Source of the DNA: Deltaproteobacteria bacterium
GTDB taxonomy: Bacteria; Myxococcota; Kuafuiibacteriia; Kuafuiibacteriales; Kuafuiibacteriaceae
Reading direction: 5' to 3'
Length of the DNA: 64,000 nucleotides
Assembly (NCBI GenBank): GCA_040218735.1
Contig: JAVJQW010000043.1
Coordinates: 64,001-128,000, forward strand
The first letter of the stretch is position 1; every line of letters begins with the position of its first letter. The translations under genes were made by a program, and so were the position numbers. Below the pieces are notes generated by a model, which made no database searches, was not told where the DNA came from, and worked only from the letters and a program-made list of their open reading frames with translations. Below, piece by piece: positions 1 through 9,716 of this stretch.

Positions 1-727
1 GCAATCCGAACCGACGCCCGGGGCTTGGGCGCAGTCGGTTGCGAAGATTTCCCACCTCACGATCGTCCCGCCGCCGGGGCCGGACCCGTGGAGCGCGACG
101 CACCTCGCACCCGACGCGTTTGCGCCGACGTCGATCTCCTTTCTCCCGCTCGCTGGCCTCCTCGGTCGTCGTGAACAGGCCAACCGCGACGGGCGTCCGG
201 TCATCGTCGCGGATCCGCAGAGCAACCTCGAAGCGGCGCGCCGCGAGGTCGAGGCGCTGCACCCCGGCGCCCTACGTCTGGTCGGACCCACCGCGACCCG
301 GCGCGCCGTGCTCGGTGCGCTCGACGGCGCGACGCACTTTCACTTCTCGGGCCACGGGGCGCTCCAGGCCGACCGCCCCTGGGACGCTCGACTGCTCCTC
401 GCCGCCGGTGAGTCACTCTCCGTCGAAGACCTGCTCATCGTCCGTCCGTCCGTCGCCCACGTCGTTCTGATCGGCTGCCGCACCGGGCGCTCCGCGAAGC
501 TGAGCCGGACGGCTTACCTCGGGCTCGCGGAGGCGTTCCTCCTCGTGAGCGCCTCGTCCGTCGTCGCGAGCACACGCGACGTCGAGGACGAGTTGTCGCG
601 ACGGTTCGTGCGGGCGTTCTACGCGGCGGGCGGTGCCGACGATCCGTTCCGCGCGTACGCGACGGTGGCCCGCGACGATCCGCGGCTCGCCCGCCCGTTC
701 TACGTCGCTGGAGCACCGCGCCCATGA
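1..727 (+). CDS. CHAT-domain (caspase-like, clan CD) protease, 5' part outside the window
   Basis: Frame is open from base 2 to the stop at 727. It carries VIVADPQSNL, the catalytic His motif HFHFSGHG, the catalytic Cys motif VVLIGCRTG and the typical CHAT tail GLAEAFL...VVAS...V.DE. Confidence 0.85.
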   Translation, partial: QSEPTPGAWAQSVAKISHLTIVPPPGPDPWSATHLAPDAFAPTSISFLPLAGLLGRREQANRDGRPVIVADPQSNLEAARREVEALHPGALRLVGPTATRRAVLGALDGATHFHFSGHGALQADRPWDARLLLAAGESLSVEDLLIVRPSVAHVVLIGCRTGRSAKLSRTAYLGLAEAFLLVSASSVVASTRDVEDELSRRFVRAFYAAGGADDPFRAYATVARDDPRLARPFYVAGAPRP

Positions 728-1410
728 ACGACGAGCGCCTGGACTCGCTCCTCGCGCAGGGGCCCGAGCCGGGACCCGAGGGGACCCACGTGGACGACGG
801 CAAGCTCGTCGCGTTCCGGGAAGGGCGGCTCGGTGCCGACGAGATCAATGACGTCGAGGCACACCTCTCTGCGTGTCGCGATTGCCGTGAGCTACTCGAA
901 GAGCTCGCCGTCGACGTCGAGCCCGAGCTGTTCGACCGCGCGCGCGCGGCGGCGCGAAGAAACCGACGCTCCGGGCGTGCGCTCGTCGTCGGCCTCGCGC
1001 TCGCGGCGGCGACGCTCGCGGCGTTCTTCCTCCCGCGCAACGGCCCGTTGCCACCCTACGCGGTGGAGGGGCCGATGGGGGGCCTCACCACGGTGCGCGG
1101 TACGTCGCCCGGCGGCGAGGTCTTCGTTCCGGCGAGCCGCGTCAAGATCCTGCTGAGGCCGGAGCGACCCACACGTCCCCCACGCTTGACCGTGTTCGTC
1201 GTCGATCTCGACGGCACCGACGTCCGCGCGCCCGAGGGCGTCGTCACCGCCGGCGAGCAAGGCGGCTTCAGGGTCGAGTTCACGGCTCGGGATCTATTCA
1301 AGCGAACGTTCGGCACACGCACGGTCCGGCTCGTGCTGTCGGACGGCGCCGCCGAAACGCAGTTCGAGGTCGCGGTCGACTACCGCGAGGAAAGAGGGAG
1401 TGAGAGATGA
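724..1410 (+). CDS. Membrane-bound zinc-finger (zf-HC2/ZAS) anti-sigma factor
   Basis: H-x3-C-x2-C motif (EAHLSACRDC), one TM segment (LVVGLALAAATLAAFFL), then an extracytoplasmic domain. ATGA overlap with the CHAT gene. Confidence 0.8.
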   Translation: MNDERLDSLLAQGPEPGPEGTHVDDGKLVAFREGRLGADEINDVEAHLSACRDCRELLEELAVDVEPELFDRARAAARRNRRSGRALVVGLALAAATLAAFFLPRNGPLPPYAVEGPMGGLTTVRGTSPGGEVFVPASRVKILLRPERPTRPPRLTVFVVDLDGTDVRAPEGVVTAGEQGGFRVEFTARDLFKRTFGTRTVRLVLSDGAAETQFEVAVDYREERGSER

Positions 1411-3698
1411 AACGCCGACAAGCCACCCTGACGGTGCTGATCGTATCGGCGCTGGCGTGCACGACCGCGTCGGAGCCGACGCAGCCCACGGAGAGCGCAT
1501 CGAGGATCCGCGAGCTCGGCCGCCCGTGTCGCTCCGACGCGTTCTTCGTCGACATCCCCGTGAAGCTGGCGATTCCGTCGCACTGGCGGAACGCAGGCTT
1601 CCTCTCGGCGCTCGAAACCAACCTCGAAGCGCTCGCCAACGCGCCGGGCAAGCCGTGGTTCTGTGGTTCGGGCGCGATCACTTGTCCGACGAACGCGGTG
1701 ATCGTCGAAGCCACGTCGCTGCTCCCCGAGCGCTCGACCCCTGCCTGGCGAGCCGACGGTCACCTGCGGCACTTCCGCGTGAAGTTCCGGGAGGCCGGCG
1801 GAGACGGGACGCCGCTCTCCGTTCGGCACCTCGAGCAGTGCAAGGTGGTCGCGACGATCCGCGACGAGTTCGCGCTCGTCGCAGGCGTCGTCGCCGCCGA
1901 CACCCTGTTGGTCGGACGTGAGTGCGACGCATCGGTGGCGGGCGTCGAGGGCGCGCCGAGCGACGAGATGCTCTCGTGGCACCTCACTCGCATCGGACTT
2001 CCGGCCTCCGTGACCGCGGTCGAGCCTCCCGCCTCGTCCACCGTCGACCTCGGGCTCGTCGACTCGGGTGTCATCCCTGAGGTGCAGGCTTCGATCGGCG
2101 TGGCGTCCGAAGACGACCTCGTCGCCGCTCCCGGCCGTCACGTTCACGGGACCGCGCTGGCGATCCTCGCCCGGCAGGTCGCGCCGGAGGCTGCGCTTCG
2201 ATCCGTGCGGGTCCTCGACGCCGGTGGATCCGGGACCAGCGGTGCGCTCGCGCTCGGCCTCGACCAGCTGCTCTTCGACACCACGTCCACGCAGCCGCTG
2301 GTGATCAACCTGAGCCTCGGATGGCCGAAGCAGCTCAGCAACAGCGCCGCGCTGGTCGGTCTCAGCTGCCAGACCCACGAGGACCCGTACGGCGAAGCCG
2401 TGCGCTACGTCCTCGACGTCGCACAGCGCATCGACGCCGCCGGGACCCGTCCGATCTTCGTGGCCTCGTCGGCCGGCAACCTGCCCCTGCCTCCGGACGA
2501 CGCGTTGTTCCCGAACACCGACGGGATGTACGGCCCGGACCCCGACTGCAGCGAGCCCGAGCCGAAGCTCTTCTTCCCCGCCGAGTGGAGCCGCACCGAC
2601 ACCTGCCGCATCGATGTCACGCGGCGCGAGCGCGTCAGCGTTGCGGTGAGCGCGACCGACGACCAAAACCACCGCGCACAGATCTCCATCCCCGGGACGG
2701 AGACGCCGATCGTCGCGCCGGGGCAGCACGTCTACGCCGCCGACGAAGCCGCGCCGCTCACTTCGACGGCCCCGGTGTGTGGCGGAGCGTCGATGGCGTT
2801 CCCGCCGACGGTCACGTTGCCCGTCGCGCTGACGGGGACGTCGGTCAGCTCCGTGTTGGTGTCCGCCGCGGCCGCGCGAGCCCAAGCCGCGTTGATGGCT
2901 GCGGGTGGCGTTCCACTGAAGCGAACCCCGCTCGCTCGCCTGATCTACCTGACGGGGCGCCCCGTGTGTCGCAACACGGCCGAAGGGACGCCGGTGCGCA
3001 TGCTCGACGTCGCGCGTCTGGACGCAGCCATCGCGAACTGTCCGTCCCTCGTTCAGTGCGCGGCGGCCGTTCCGTCTTCCAACGAGTCGATCATCGATAA
3101 ATGGACGCTCGCGGAGTGCAGCATCGAGATCGCCGCCTGCTCCGCGTTGGGCGGGACGCCACCGTGCACGCAGCCGACCTCGGTCGAGTGGCCCAGCGCC
3201 TATATGAACACGCGGGCCGTCTGCAAGCTCGACGTCATCGACGAGCCGCTGAAGCTCGTCTCGAGCTGCACGCCCAACTGTCCCTTCAACAACGGACGTG
3301 ACCGCGCGCTGGTCGGCTCGTTGGGACCGCAGCCCGGCAGCCCGCTCTGCCCGGACTGCCCCGCGCTGATCGACGCGCAGGCGCCGGCCGCCCACCTCGT
3401 CCTCGAGTTGGAGGACACCTACGAGCCGGAGACGACGCTCGCGAACCCGTTCCTCCTGATCTCCGGTCCGCACCCGACGACCGGGCACGTCCAGAAGTTC
3501 CACATCGATCTGTCGAAGGACACGCCGCCGCACATCTGGGTGCCGGGCGCGCACCTCGAGCTCACCGTCTCGCTCGACGGTCCGCAGATCGACTGGGGTC
3601 AGGTCGACGCGATCGATGCCGCGCTCGTCGTCGGCGTCACGCCGCCGGGAGGCAAGGCGTCGACGGACTACTCGCCGCTGCGCGTGGGGCCGCTCTGA
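1407..3698 (+). CDS. S8 (subtilase) serine protease, predicted lipoprotein, Cys-rich
   Basis: Signal peptide ending SALAC. Triad motifs LVDSG (Asp), HVHGT (His), GTSVS (Ser), plus INLSLG and oxyanion-hole SAGN. ATGA overlap with the anti-sigma gene. Confidence 0.85.
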   Translation: MKRRQATLTVLIVSALACTTASEPTQPTESASRIRELGRPCRSDAFFVDIPVKLAIPSHWRNAGFLSALETNLEALANAPGKPWFCGSGAITCPTNAVIVEATSLLPERSTPAWRADGHLRHFRVKFREAGGDGTPLSVRHLEQCKVVATIRDEFALVAGVVAADTLLVGRECDASVAGVEGAPSDEMLSWHLTRIGLPASVTAVEPPASSTVDLGLVDSGVIPEVQASIGVASEDDLVAAPGRHVHGTALAILARQVAPEAALRSVRVLDAGGSGTSGALALGLDQLLFDTTSTQPLVINLSLGWPKQLSNSAALVGLSCQTHEDPYGEAVRYVLDVAQRIDAAGTRPIFVASSAGNLPLPPDDALFPNTDGMYGPDPDCSEPEPKLFFPAEWSRTDTCRIDVTRRERVSVAVSATDDQNHRAQISIPGTETPIVAPGQHVYAADEAAPLTSTAPVCGGASMAFPPTVTLPVALTGTSVSSVLVSAAAARAQAALMAAGGVPLKRTPLARLIYLTGRPVCRNTAEGTPVRMLDVARLDAAIANCPSLVQCAAAVPSSNESIIDKWTLAECSIEIAACSALGGTPPCTQPTSVEWPSAYMNTRAVCKLDVIDEPLKLVSSCTPNCPFNNGRDRALVGSLGPQPGSPLCPDCPALIDAQAPAAHLVLELEDTYEPETTLANPFLLISGPHPTTGHVQKFHIDLSKDTPPHIWVPGAHLELTVSLDGPQIDWGQVDAIDAALVVGVTPPGGKASTDYSPLRVGPL

Positions 3699-3709
3699 GC
3701 GAGTGACCC

Positions 3710-4294
3710 ATGTCCGTCGACGACCGCCAGATCGTCCGCCGCGCGTTCGCGGATGAGGACGACGAAGCGCTGGAGCAGCTGCTCTGTCGCCTCGTTCCCA
3801 TCATCCGCGCGCGCGCCGCGCGGGCGCTGCGAAGAGGCCCGATCGGCGCGCACGACGTCGCGGACCTGGTCCAGGAGATCTGGATTGCGCTGATCGCCGA
3901 CGGCGGTCGCCGTCTGCTGACCTACGACCCCGCGCACGGCCTCACCCTCGAAGGTTTCGTCGGGTTGATCGCCGAGCGTGAGATCGCTTCGATGCAACGT
4001 AAGGTCCTCGCGAAGAAACGCGGCGGCGATCTCCGAATCGTGAGCGACGATGGCCTCACTGTCGCGGCGTGCGGCGGCAACCCCGAGGACGAGGCGGTCA
4101 CCAACGACCTCGCCGCCCGCCTCGCGGCGCACCTCGACGCGCAGCTCCCGGTGCGCGGTCGCCTCGTCTGGCGGCTCGCGTTCAACGACGGTCAGTCGAC
4201 CGCCGAGGTCGCGCGCAACATGGGCGTCAGCCAACAGGTCGTCTACAACTGGCAGCACAAGATTCGCGCGTTGGCGCGTGCGTTCCTGAAGTGA
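3710..4294 (+). CDS. ECF-type RNA polymerase sigma-70 factor
   Basis: 194 aa. Region 2-like DVADLVQEIWIAL and region 4 HTH STAEVARNMGVSQQVVYNWQHKIR. Confidence 0.85.
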   Translation: MSVDDRQIVRRAFADEDDEALEQLLCRLVPIIRARAARALRRGPIGAHDVADLVQEIWIALIADGGRRLLTYDPAHGLTLEGFVGLIAEREIASMQRKVLAKKRGGDLRIVSDDGLTVAACGGNPEDEAVTNDLAARLAAHLDAQLPVRGRLVWRLAFNDGQSTAEVARNMGVSQQVVYNWQHKIRALARAFLK

Positions 4295-4312
4295 GGCGGG
4301 GCGGGGTGGGGT

Positions 4313-4339
4313 GGGCCGGGAGCATCGCGCCCCCGGCCC
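4313..4339. terminator. GC-rich hairpin between convergent genes, possible terminator
   Basis: GGGCCGGG (4313-4320) pairs with CCCGGCCC (4332-4339). No U-tract. Confidence 0.3.
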
Positions 4340-4349
4340 GAGGCTCGGG

Positions 4350-6614
4350 TCACCGCGAGAAGGGCGAGTCCATGCCTTGGTGGAGCTGCTGCCGCAGCAG
4401 GGTGGTGTTGCCGTCCACGACGTAGCCGTACACCGCACCGCCAGGGAGGTTCAGGCCCAACGCGGTCGGCGTCAGCGATTCGGGCGCGCCGACGAACAGG
4501 CGCATCCGCTCGGCGCCGTACACCCCGCCGACCCCCGCGACCAGCGGGTCGATGTGCACCCAACCCGACGCCAGCGACATCCCGAAGCGCTTGGCGTTCG
4601 AGACCGTCAGCAGGTCAGGTCCGTTGCTGACGTTCCAGGTGGTGACGAGGACGCGCTCGACGCGCCCGTCGCCGTCGAAGGGGGCGCCCACGATGATGTC
4701 GTCATCGCCGTCCGCGTCGATGTCCGCGGCGAGCACGGCGTGACCGTAGCGCCCGCCGTCCACGCTGCCGTGGGCGTCGCCGGCCGCGAAGACCGTGCAC
4801 CCCGAGCCGAAGATCTTCTGATAGACCACCACCCGACCCACCTCGGCGTTGCCGCTGCGGTAGCGCGGGGCGCCGATGATCAACTCGTCGGCGGACTCGA
4901 ACTTGCCGCGCACGTTGCCGGTCGTCATGGAGAATCCGAACTCGCTGTTCGACGTCGGCGGCGTGATGTGCTGGTGGGGTTGGAAGTACTGCAAGCCGCC
5001 ACCGCAGAACACGTAGACGTGCTCGCGACCGTAGGCCGGCGCGGCGATCGCGACGTCGGCGTTCCCATCGCCGTCGAAGTCTCCGGTGGTGACCGCGGCG
5101 CCGAGCGTGAAGGGCGGCGTGCCGCCCAGGCCGCTGACGTCGAGGGGGGCCCCCAGGGCCGTGCCGCTGGGATCCAACGTATCGCCGATGAAGAAGTAGG
5201 CTCTGCCGGTCCCGAAGCCGGAGCTCGCCCGAGGAGCGCCGACGATCAGCTCGTCCGTGCCGTTGCCGTTGCCGTCGCCCGTCGCGAGGGCGGCGCCGAA
5301 CCAGTCGCCGCTGGCCTCGGCGACGCCGGAGATCGAGCTGCCGCTGAGGATGCGCCACGGGGTCAGAGGCTCGTAGTCGCTGTCGACGCACGTCGGGCAG
5401 TTCGTGTCCGTCGCTTGCGGTTGCATGTTGGCCTGGGCGAACTGGCCGCCGCCGAAGATCGAGACCGTGCCGGACGCGATGCCGAACGGGCTGAGCGCGC
5501 CGGGCGCGCCGACGGCGAGGTCGGGGAACTGATCTCCGTCGAAGTCACCCACCGCGAGCGCGGCGCCGAAGCGATCGTCGTTGCCGTGCAGGCCGCCGAC
5601 GTCCGCGTAGCGCAGGACGCGCCAGGGGACGGGCGTGCGCGCGGTGCCCTTGTAGACGAGCACGGCGCCGAACGTCGTCGAGCCGGGTCCGGCCTCACCG
5701 GGCACGCCGACGGCGATGTCGTCGTAGCCGTCCTGGTCGAAGTCGGCGACGACCATCGCTGCGCCCATGTCCTCGTTCGGGAGCGGTGTGCTCAGCGGCT
5801 CGGCGTACATCAACCACAGCGCGTTGATGTCGTGTTTGGTCGGGAGGTTGTTCGTCGCGATGGCGGTCTGGGTGCCCGGCACGTCCGGGGCGGTGTCGAC
5901 ACCGGCGCGGGCCTTCAGCGTCTGATTCGTCGTGACGTAACCCTCGGTCGTGAGTGACGTCGTGGTCTCGCAGACGAACTGCGGAGGCGTCACCGTGTAG
6001 TCCCAGACCGGCGTGCAGAACAGGTTCGTGCCGTAGTGCATGACCGACTGGTGGTCGTAGGGCGTGAGCTTCGAGTGGTCGTTCGGATCCTTGATTTCGA
6101 AGTTGTGCGCCTTGTCAGCGATGTTGGCGTGGATCACCGTGACGTAGTCGTCCCGGTCGGGCCGTTGGTGCTCGTGCCTCAGGCCGAGGATGTGGCCGAC
6201 CTCGTGAATCGCCGTGCGTACGCCTGCGTTGTCCGTGAGGTGGACGACCGACTTTCCGCCGCCCGTACCGTTCTTGGCGTGTGACCCGCCGTTCGTGTCG
6301 GGCTCGCGCTGGAACAGGATGTAGTCGCCGCTGCCGCTCGGGACCTGGATGAACTGAAGCGGCACGCGCGCTTCGAGGGCGTCGACCGCTTGTTCGACGG
6401 CGCCGACGACGTCCGCGGGGAGCACCTTGTCGGCGTCGGACCCCGAGTAATACGTGTACTGGACGACGTTGCTCGGCCAGCGCGTCCCGAGGTCGTTCCT
6501 CGCGTAGACCTCGTCGGTCGTCGTCTCGGCCTCCACCGCTTCGGGCAGCTCACCCGAGCAGGCCGTGAGCCACAGCGTCGCCCACGCGAGGTGAGTCTTG
6601 GTTGGATGTTTCAT
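4350..6614 (-). CDS. Astacin-family (M12A) zinc metalloprotease fused to seven FG-GAP repeats, predicted lipoprotein
   Basis: Lipobox LTAC. Zinc motif HEVGHILGLRHEHQRPDRD, Met-turn SVMHY, and seven FGAALAxGDFDGDG...GAP-type repeats. Confidence 0.88.
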   Translation of the reverse strand: MKHPTKTHLAWATLWLTACSGELPEAVEAETTTDEVYARNDLGTRWPSNVVQYTYYSGSDADKVLPADVVGAVEQAVDALEARVPLQFIQVPSGSGDYILFQREPDTNGGSHAKNGTGGGKSVVHLTDNAGVRTAIHEVGHILGLRHEHQRPDRDDYVTVIHANIADKAHNFEIKDPNDHSKLTPYDHQSVMHYGTNLFCTPVWDYTVTPPQFVCETTTSLTTEGYVTTNQTLKARAGVDTAPDVPGTQTAIATNNLPTKHDINALWLMYAEPLSTPLPNEDMGAAMVVADFDQDGYDDIAVGVPGEAGPGSTTFGAVLVYKGTARTPVPWRVLRYADVGGLHGNDDRFGAALAVGDFDGDQFPDLAVGAPGALSPFGIASGTVSIFGGGQFAQANMQPQATDTNCPTCVDSDYEPLTPWRILSGSSISGVAEASGDWFGAALATGDGNGNGTDELIVGAPRASSGFGTGRAYFFIGDTLDPSGTALGAPLDVSGLGGTPPFTLGAAVTTGDFDGDGNADVAIAAPAYGREHVYVFCGGGLQYFQPHQHITPPTSNSEFGFSMTTGNVRGKFESADELIIGAPRYRSGNAEVGRVVVYQKIFGSGCTVFAAGDAHGSVDGGRYGHAVLAADIDADGDDDIIVGAPFDGDGRVERVLVTTWNVSNGPDLLTVSNAKRFGMSLASGWVHIDPLVAGVGGVYGAERMRLFVGAPESLTPTALGLNLPGGAVYGYVVDGNTTLLRQQLHQGMDSPFSR

Positions 6615-6722
6615 GGTCGTTCCTTCCTCGAGCGCGCGGGGGGGCGCATCGATCTGGGGCCGACTACGGGAGGTGGGGGCCGTTCCTTTTCTGCGGTCGG
6701 GCTTCGAGGGTTTTCGATCTGC

Positions 6723-6738
6723 TTGACTGACGAGTCAA
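6723..6738. promoter_or_regulatory. Palindromic operator-like site TTGACT-N4-AGTCAA
   Basis: Perfect 6-bp inverted repeat ending 21 bp before the ATG of the MFE-2-like gene, in an AT-richer patch. Confidence 0.5.
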
Positions 6739-6759
6739 TCAATCCCAACAAGGGGACCC

Positions 6760-9702
6760 ATGGGGACCCTCCGCTTCGACGGTAAGACCGTCATCGTCAC
6801 CGGCGCCGGCAACGGGCTCGGCCGCGCGCACGCGCTCCTGTTCGGGAGCCGCGGCGCGAACGTCGTGGTCAACGACCTCGGCGGGAGCATGCACGGCGGG
6901 GGCAAGAGCAGCGCCGCCGCCGACGAGGTGGTCGAGCAGATCAAGGCGGCGGGCGGGAACGCGGTCGCGAACTACGACTCGGTCGAGGACGGCGCGAGCA
7001 TCGTGAAGACGGCGATGGACGCGTTCGGGCGGGTCGACGTGCTCGTGAACAACGCGGGCATCCTCCGCGACAAGTCGTTCGCGAAGATGACGGAGGAGGA
7101 CTGGGAGCTCGTCTACCGCGTGCACGTCCTCGGCGCGTTCCGTGTGACGCACGCGGTCTGGCCGATCATGCGCGAGCAGCAGTATGGGCGCATCGTCATG
7201 ACCGCGTCGGCGGCCGGGCTGTACGGCAACTTCGGACAGGCGAACTACGCGATGGCGAAGCTCGGGCTCGCGGGCTTTTCGAACACCCTCGCGATCGAGG
7301 GCCGCACGAAAAACGTGCACGTGAACACGATCGCGCCGATCGCCGGCTCACGGCTGACCGAGACGGTGATGCCGCAGGAGCTCGTCGACGCGCTGAAGCC
7401 CGAGTACGTCTCGCCGCTCGTCGCGTACCTCTGCCACGAGGACACCGAGGAGACGGGCGGCATCTTCGAGGTGGGCGGTGGGTTCTTCGGCAAGCTGCGC
7501 TGGGAGCGCAGCGTTGGATCGATGACGCGGCTTGGGCGAGAGATCACGCCCGAGATCGTCGCGAGCCACTGGGACAGCATCGCGGGCTTCGACGAGACGA
7601 CGCACCCCGCGGACGTGATGGGGTCGATGCAGCCGATCGTCGAGAACGTCAGCGCCGGTCCGAGCCGGGGCGGCAACGAATTCATCGACGTCGACGCCGC
7701 GCTCGGCGCCGAGCTCCCGGCGGTGAAGACGAAGTACGACGAGCGCGACCTCGCGCTCTACGCGTTGGGCGTGGGGGCCGCGGAGGACCCGTCGGGCGCG
7801 GACCTCCCGCTCGTGTACGAGCTGCACAACGAGGGCTTCAAGGCGCTGCCGACCTATGCGGTGGTGCCCGCGGTGAACGCGTTCCTGAACGCGATGAAGG
7901 ACGGCCTCAGCGTGCCCGGGTTGAACTACGGGCTCGACCGCGTCCTGCACGGCGAGCAGCGCACGACGCTGATTCGCCCGCTGCCGAAGAACGCGACGCT
8001 CACGCACAAGGCGCGCGTGAAGAACATCTTCGACAAAGGCAAACACGGGATCGTCGAGATCGAGACGAAGACCTACGACGAAGACGACGATCTGCTGTGC
8101 ATCAACGAGATCGTGATCGTCGTGCGCGGCGCCGGCGGTTGGGGCGGTGAGCGTGGCGAGTCGAGCGAGGCGAAGCCGATCCCCGAGACGAAGCCGGACG
8201 CTGTCGTCGAGGAGAAGACCCACGACAACCAAGCGCTGCTCTACCGCCTCTCCGGGGACTGGAACCCGCTGCACGCCGATCCGCAGTTCGCGAAGATGTT
8301 CGGCTTCGACCGGCCGATCCTCCACGGGCTCTGCACGCTCGGCTTCGCGGGGCGGCACGTGGTGCAGGCGTTCGCGAACAACGACCCGCGCTACGTGAAG
8401 CGCATCGGCGTTCGGTTCGCGGACAGCGTGTTCCCGGGCGAGACGCTCGTGACCGAGATGTGGAAGCAGGACGGCGCGATTCGTTTCGTGACGAAGGCGA
8501 AGGAGCGCGACTCGGTGGTGCTCAAGGACGGCGTCATCGAGCTGTTCGACGAGATTCCGAAGAAGGCACCGAAGTCGAAGACGATCGAGCTGCCGGTCTC
8601 CGACGAAGGCGCGACCGCGGTGCCGACGAGCGCGGACGTGTTCACGGCGATTCGGCGTTACATCGAAGCGAATCCGTCGCTCGCGAAGAACGTGCAGACG
8701 GTGTTCCGCTTCGAACTGTCGAACCCCGGTAGCGCGTGGACGATCGATCTGAAGAAGGGCGAGGTGCACGTCGGGCGGGACGGCGATGCAGACACCACGC
8801 TCGCGCTGACCGACGACGACTTCATGAAGATGTGCACCGGCGAGGCCGACGCACAGAAGATGTTCATGAACGGGCAGCTGAAGATCACGGGCAACGTGAT
8901 GGCGTCGCAGAAGCTGGAGTTCCTGAAGAAGCTCGACCCCGCGTGGGTGTTCGAGGCGGCCGCGGAGCGAGGTGGCGGCGCGGCGCCGGTCGTGAGCGAC
9001 GAGCCCACGAGCTGGGACGTCTTCATCGCGATCGAGGACCACGTGAAGCGGAACCCGGACCTCGTCGCGAAGATCGGCATGGTCTACCGCTTCGACCTCA
9101 CGGACCCGAGCACCACGTGGACAATCGATCTGAAGAACGGCGCGGTCGTCGAGGGGGCGCCCGCGAGCGCGGACTGCACGCTCACGCTATCGGACGCCGA
9201 CTTCATGGCGATGACCAAGGGCGAGGCGGATCCGCAGAAGCTCTTCATGGGTGGGCAGCTGAAGATCAGCGGCAACATCATGGCGTCGCAGAAGCTCGAG
9301 TTCCTGCAGAAGATGGATCCCGAGGAAGCGAAGGCCGCGGTGATCGCGGCGCGCAAGGCGGGGCGCGGACCTTCGGCGAACGAAACGACGACCGCGGACG
9401 CGCCTTCGGCCTCGCAGGCGGAGGCGATCGCGAAGCAGATCGAGGCGCAGCTCGCGGAGGCGAAGGACCTCGCGGGGACGGTTCAGATCCTGCTGACGGA
9501 TCCGGACGCGGCGATGACGGTCGACGCGTCGGCGGTGAAGCTGGAGCGCGCGTCGGAACCGTCGGCGACGGTCACGGTTGCGCAGGACGACCTGCTCGGC
9601 CTGTTGAAGAAGGAGAAGTCCGCGCAGGAGCTGTTCCAGCGCGGCGAGCTCAGGATCGACGGTGACCTCGACGTCGCCCGACGCCTCTGGTTCATTCGGT
9701 AA
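6760..9702 (+). CDS. Multifunctional enzyme type 2-like protein: SDR 3-hydroxyacyl-CoA dehydrogenase + MaoC-type enoyl-CoA hydratase 2 + three SCP2 domains
   Basis: [12 protein letters not shown] and YAMAK (SDR). [14 protein letters not shown] (hydratase 2). Three SCP2-like units ending [16 protein letters not shown] and GELRIDGD. Confidence 0.92.
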   Translation: MGTLRFDGKTVIVTGAGNGLGRAHALLFGSRGANVVVNDLGGSMHGGGKSSAAADEVVEQIKAAGGNAVANYDSVEDGASIVKTAMDAFGRVDVLVNNAGILRDKSFAKMTEEDWELVYRVHVLGAFRVTHAVWPIMREQQYGRIVMTASAAGLYGNFGQANYAMAKLGLAGFSNTLAIEGRTKNVHVNTIAPIAGSRLTETVMPQELVDALKPEYVSPLVAYLCHEDTEETGGIFEVGGGFFGKLRWERSVGSMTRLGREITPEIVASHWDSIAGFDETTHPADVMGSMQPIVENVSAGPSRGGNEFIDVDAALGAELPAVKTKYDERDLALYALGVGAAEDPSGADLPLVYELHNEGFKALPTYAVVPAVNAFLNAMKDGLSVPGLNYGLDRVLHGEQRTTLIRPLPKNATLTHKARVKNIFDKGKHGIVEIETKTYDEDDDLLCINEIVIVVRGAGGWGGERGESSEAKPIPETKPDAVVEEKTHDNQALLYRLSGDWNPLHADPQFAKMFGFDRPILHGLCTLGFAGRHVVQAFANNDPRYVKRIGVRFADSVFPGETLVTEMWKQDGAIRFVTKAKERDSVVLKDGVIELFDEIPKKAPKSKTIELPVSDEGATAVPTSADVFTAIRRYIEANPSLAKNVQTVFRFELSNPGSAWTIDLKKGEVHVGRDGDADTTLALTDDDFMKMCTGEADAQKMFMNGQLKITGNVMASQKLEFLKKLDPAWVFEAAAERGGGAAPVVSDEPTSWDVFIAIEDHVKRNPDLVAKIGMVYRFDLTDPSTTWTIDLKNGAVVEGAPASADCTLTLSDADFMAMTKGEADPQKLFMGGQLKISGNIMASQKLEFLQKMDPEEAKAAVIAARKAGRGPSANETTTADAPSASQAEAIAKQIEAQLAEAKDLAGTVQILLTDPDAAMTVDASAVKLERASEPSATVTVAQDDLLGLLKKEKSAQELFQRGELRIDGDLDVARRLWFIR

Positions 9703-9716
9703 AGGAGATCGAGAGC

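Noticed and set aside
1380-3554. Long antisense and alternative-frame ORFs (for example 1380-3554 minus, 16634-19297 minus, 30444-32657 plus, 32330-34477 minus, 47583-49664 plus)
   Set aside because: Arg/Ala/Gly-rich shadow frames of well-supported genes. Stop codons are rare at this GC content and these frames show no motifs.
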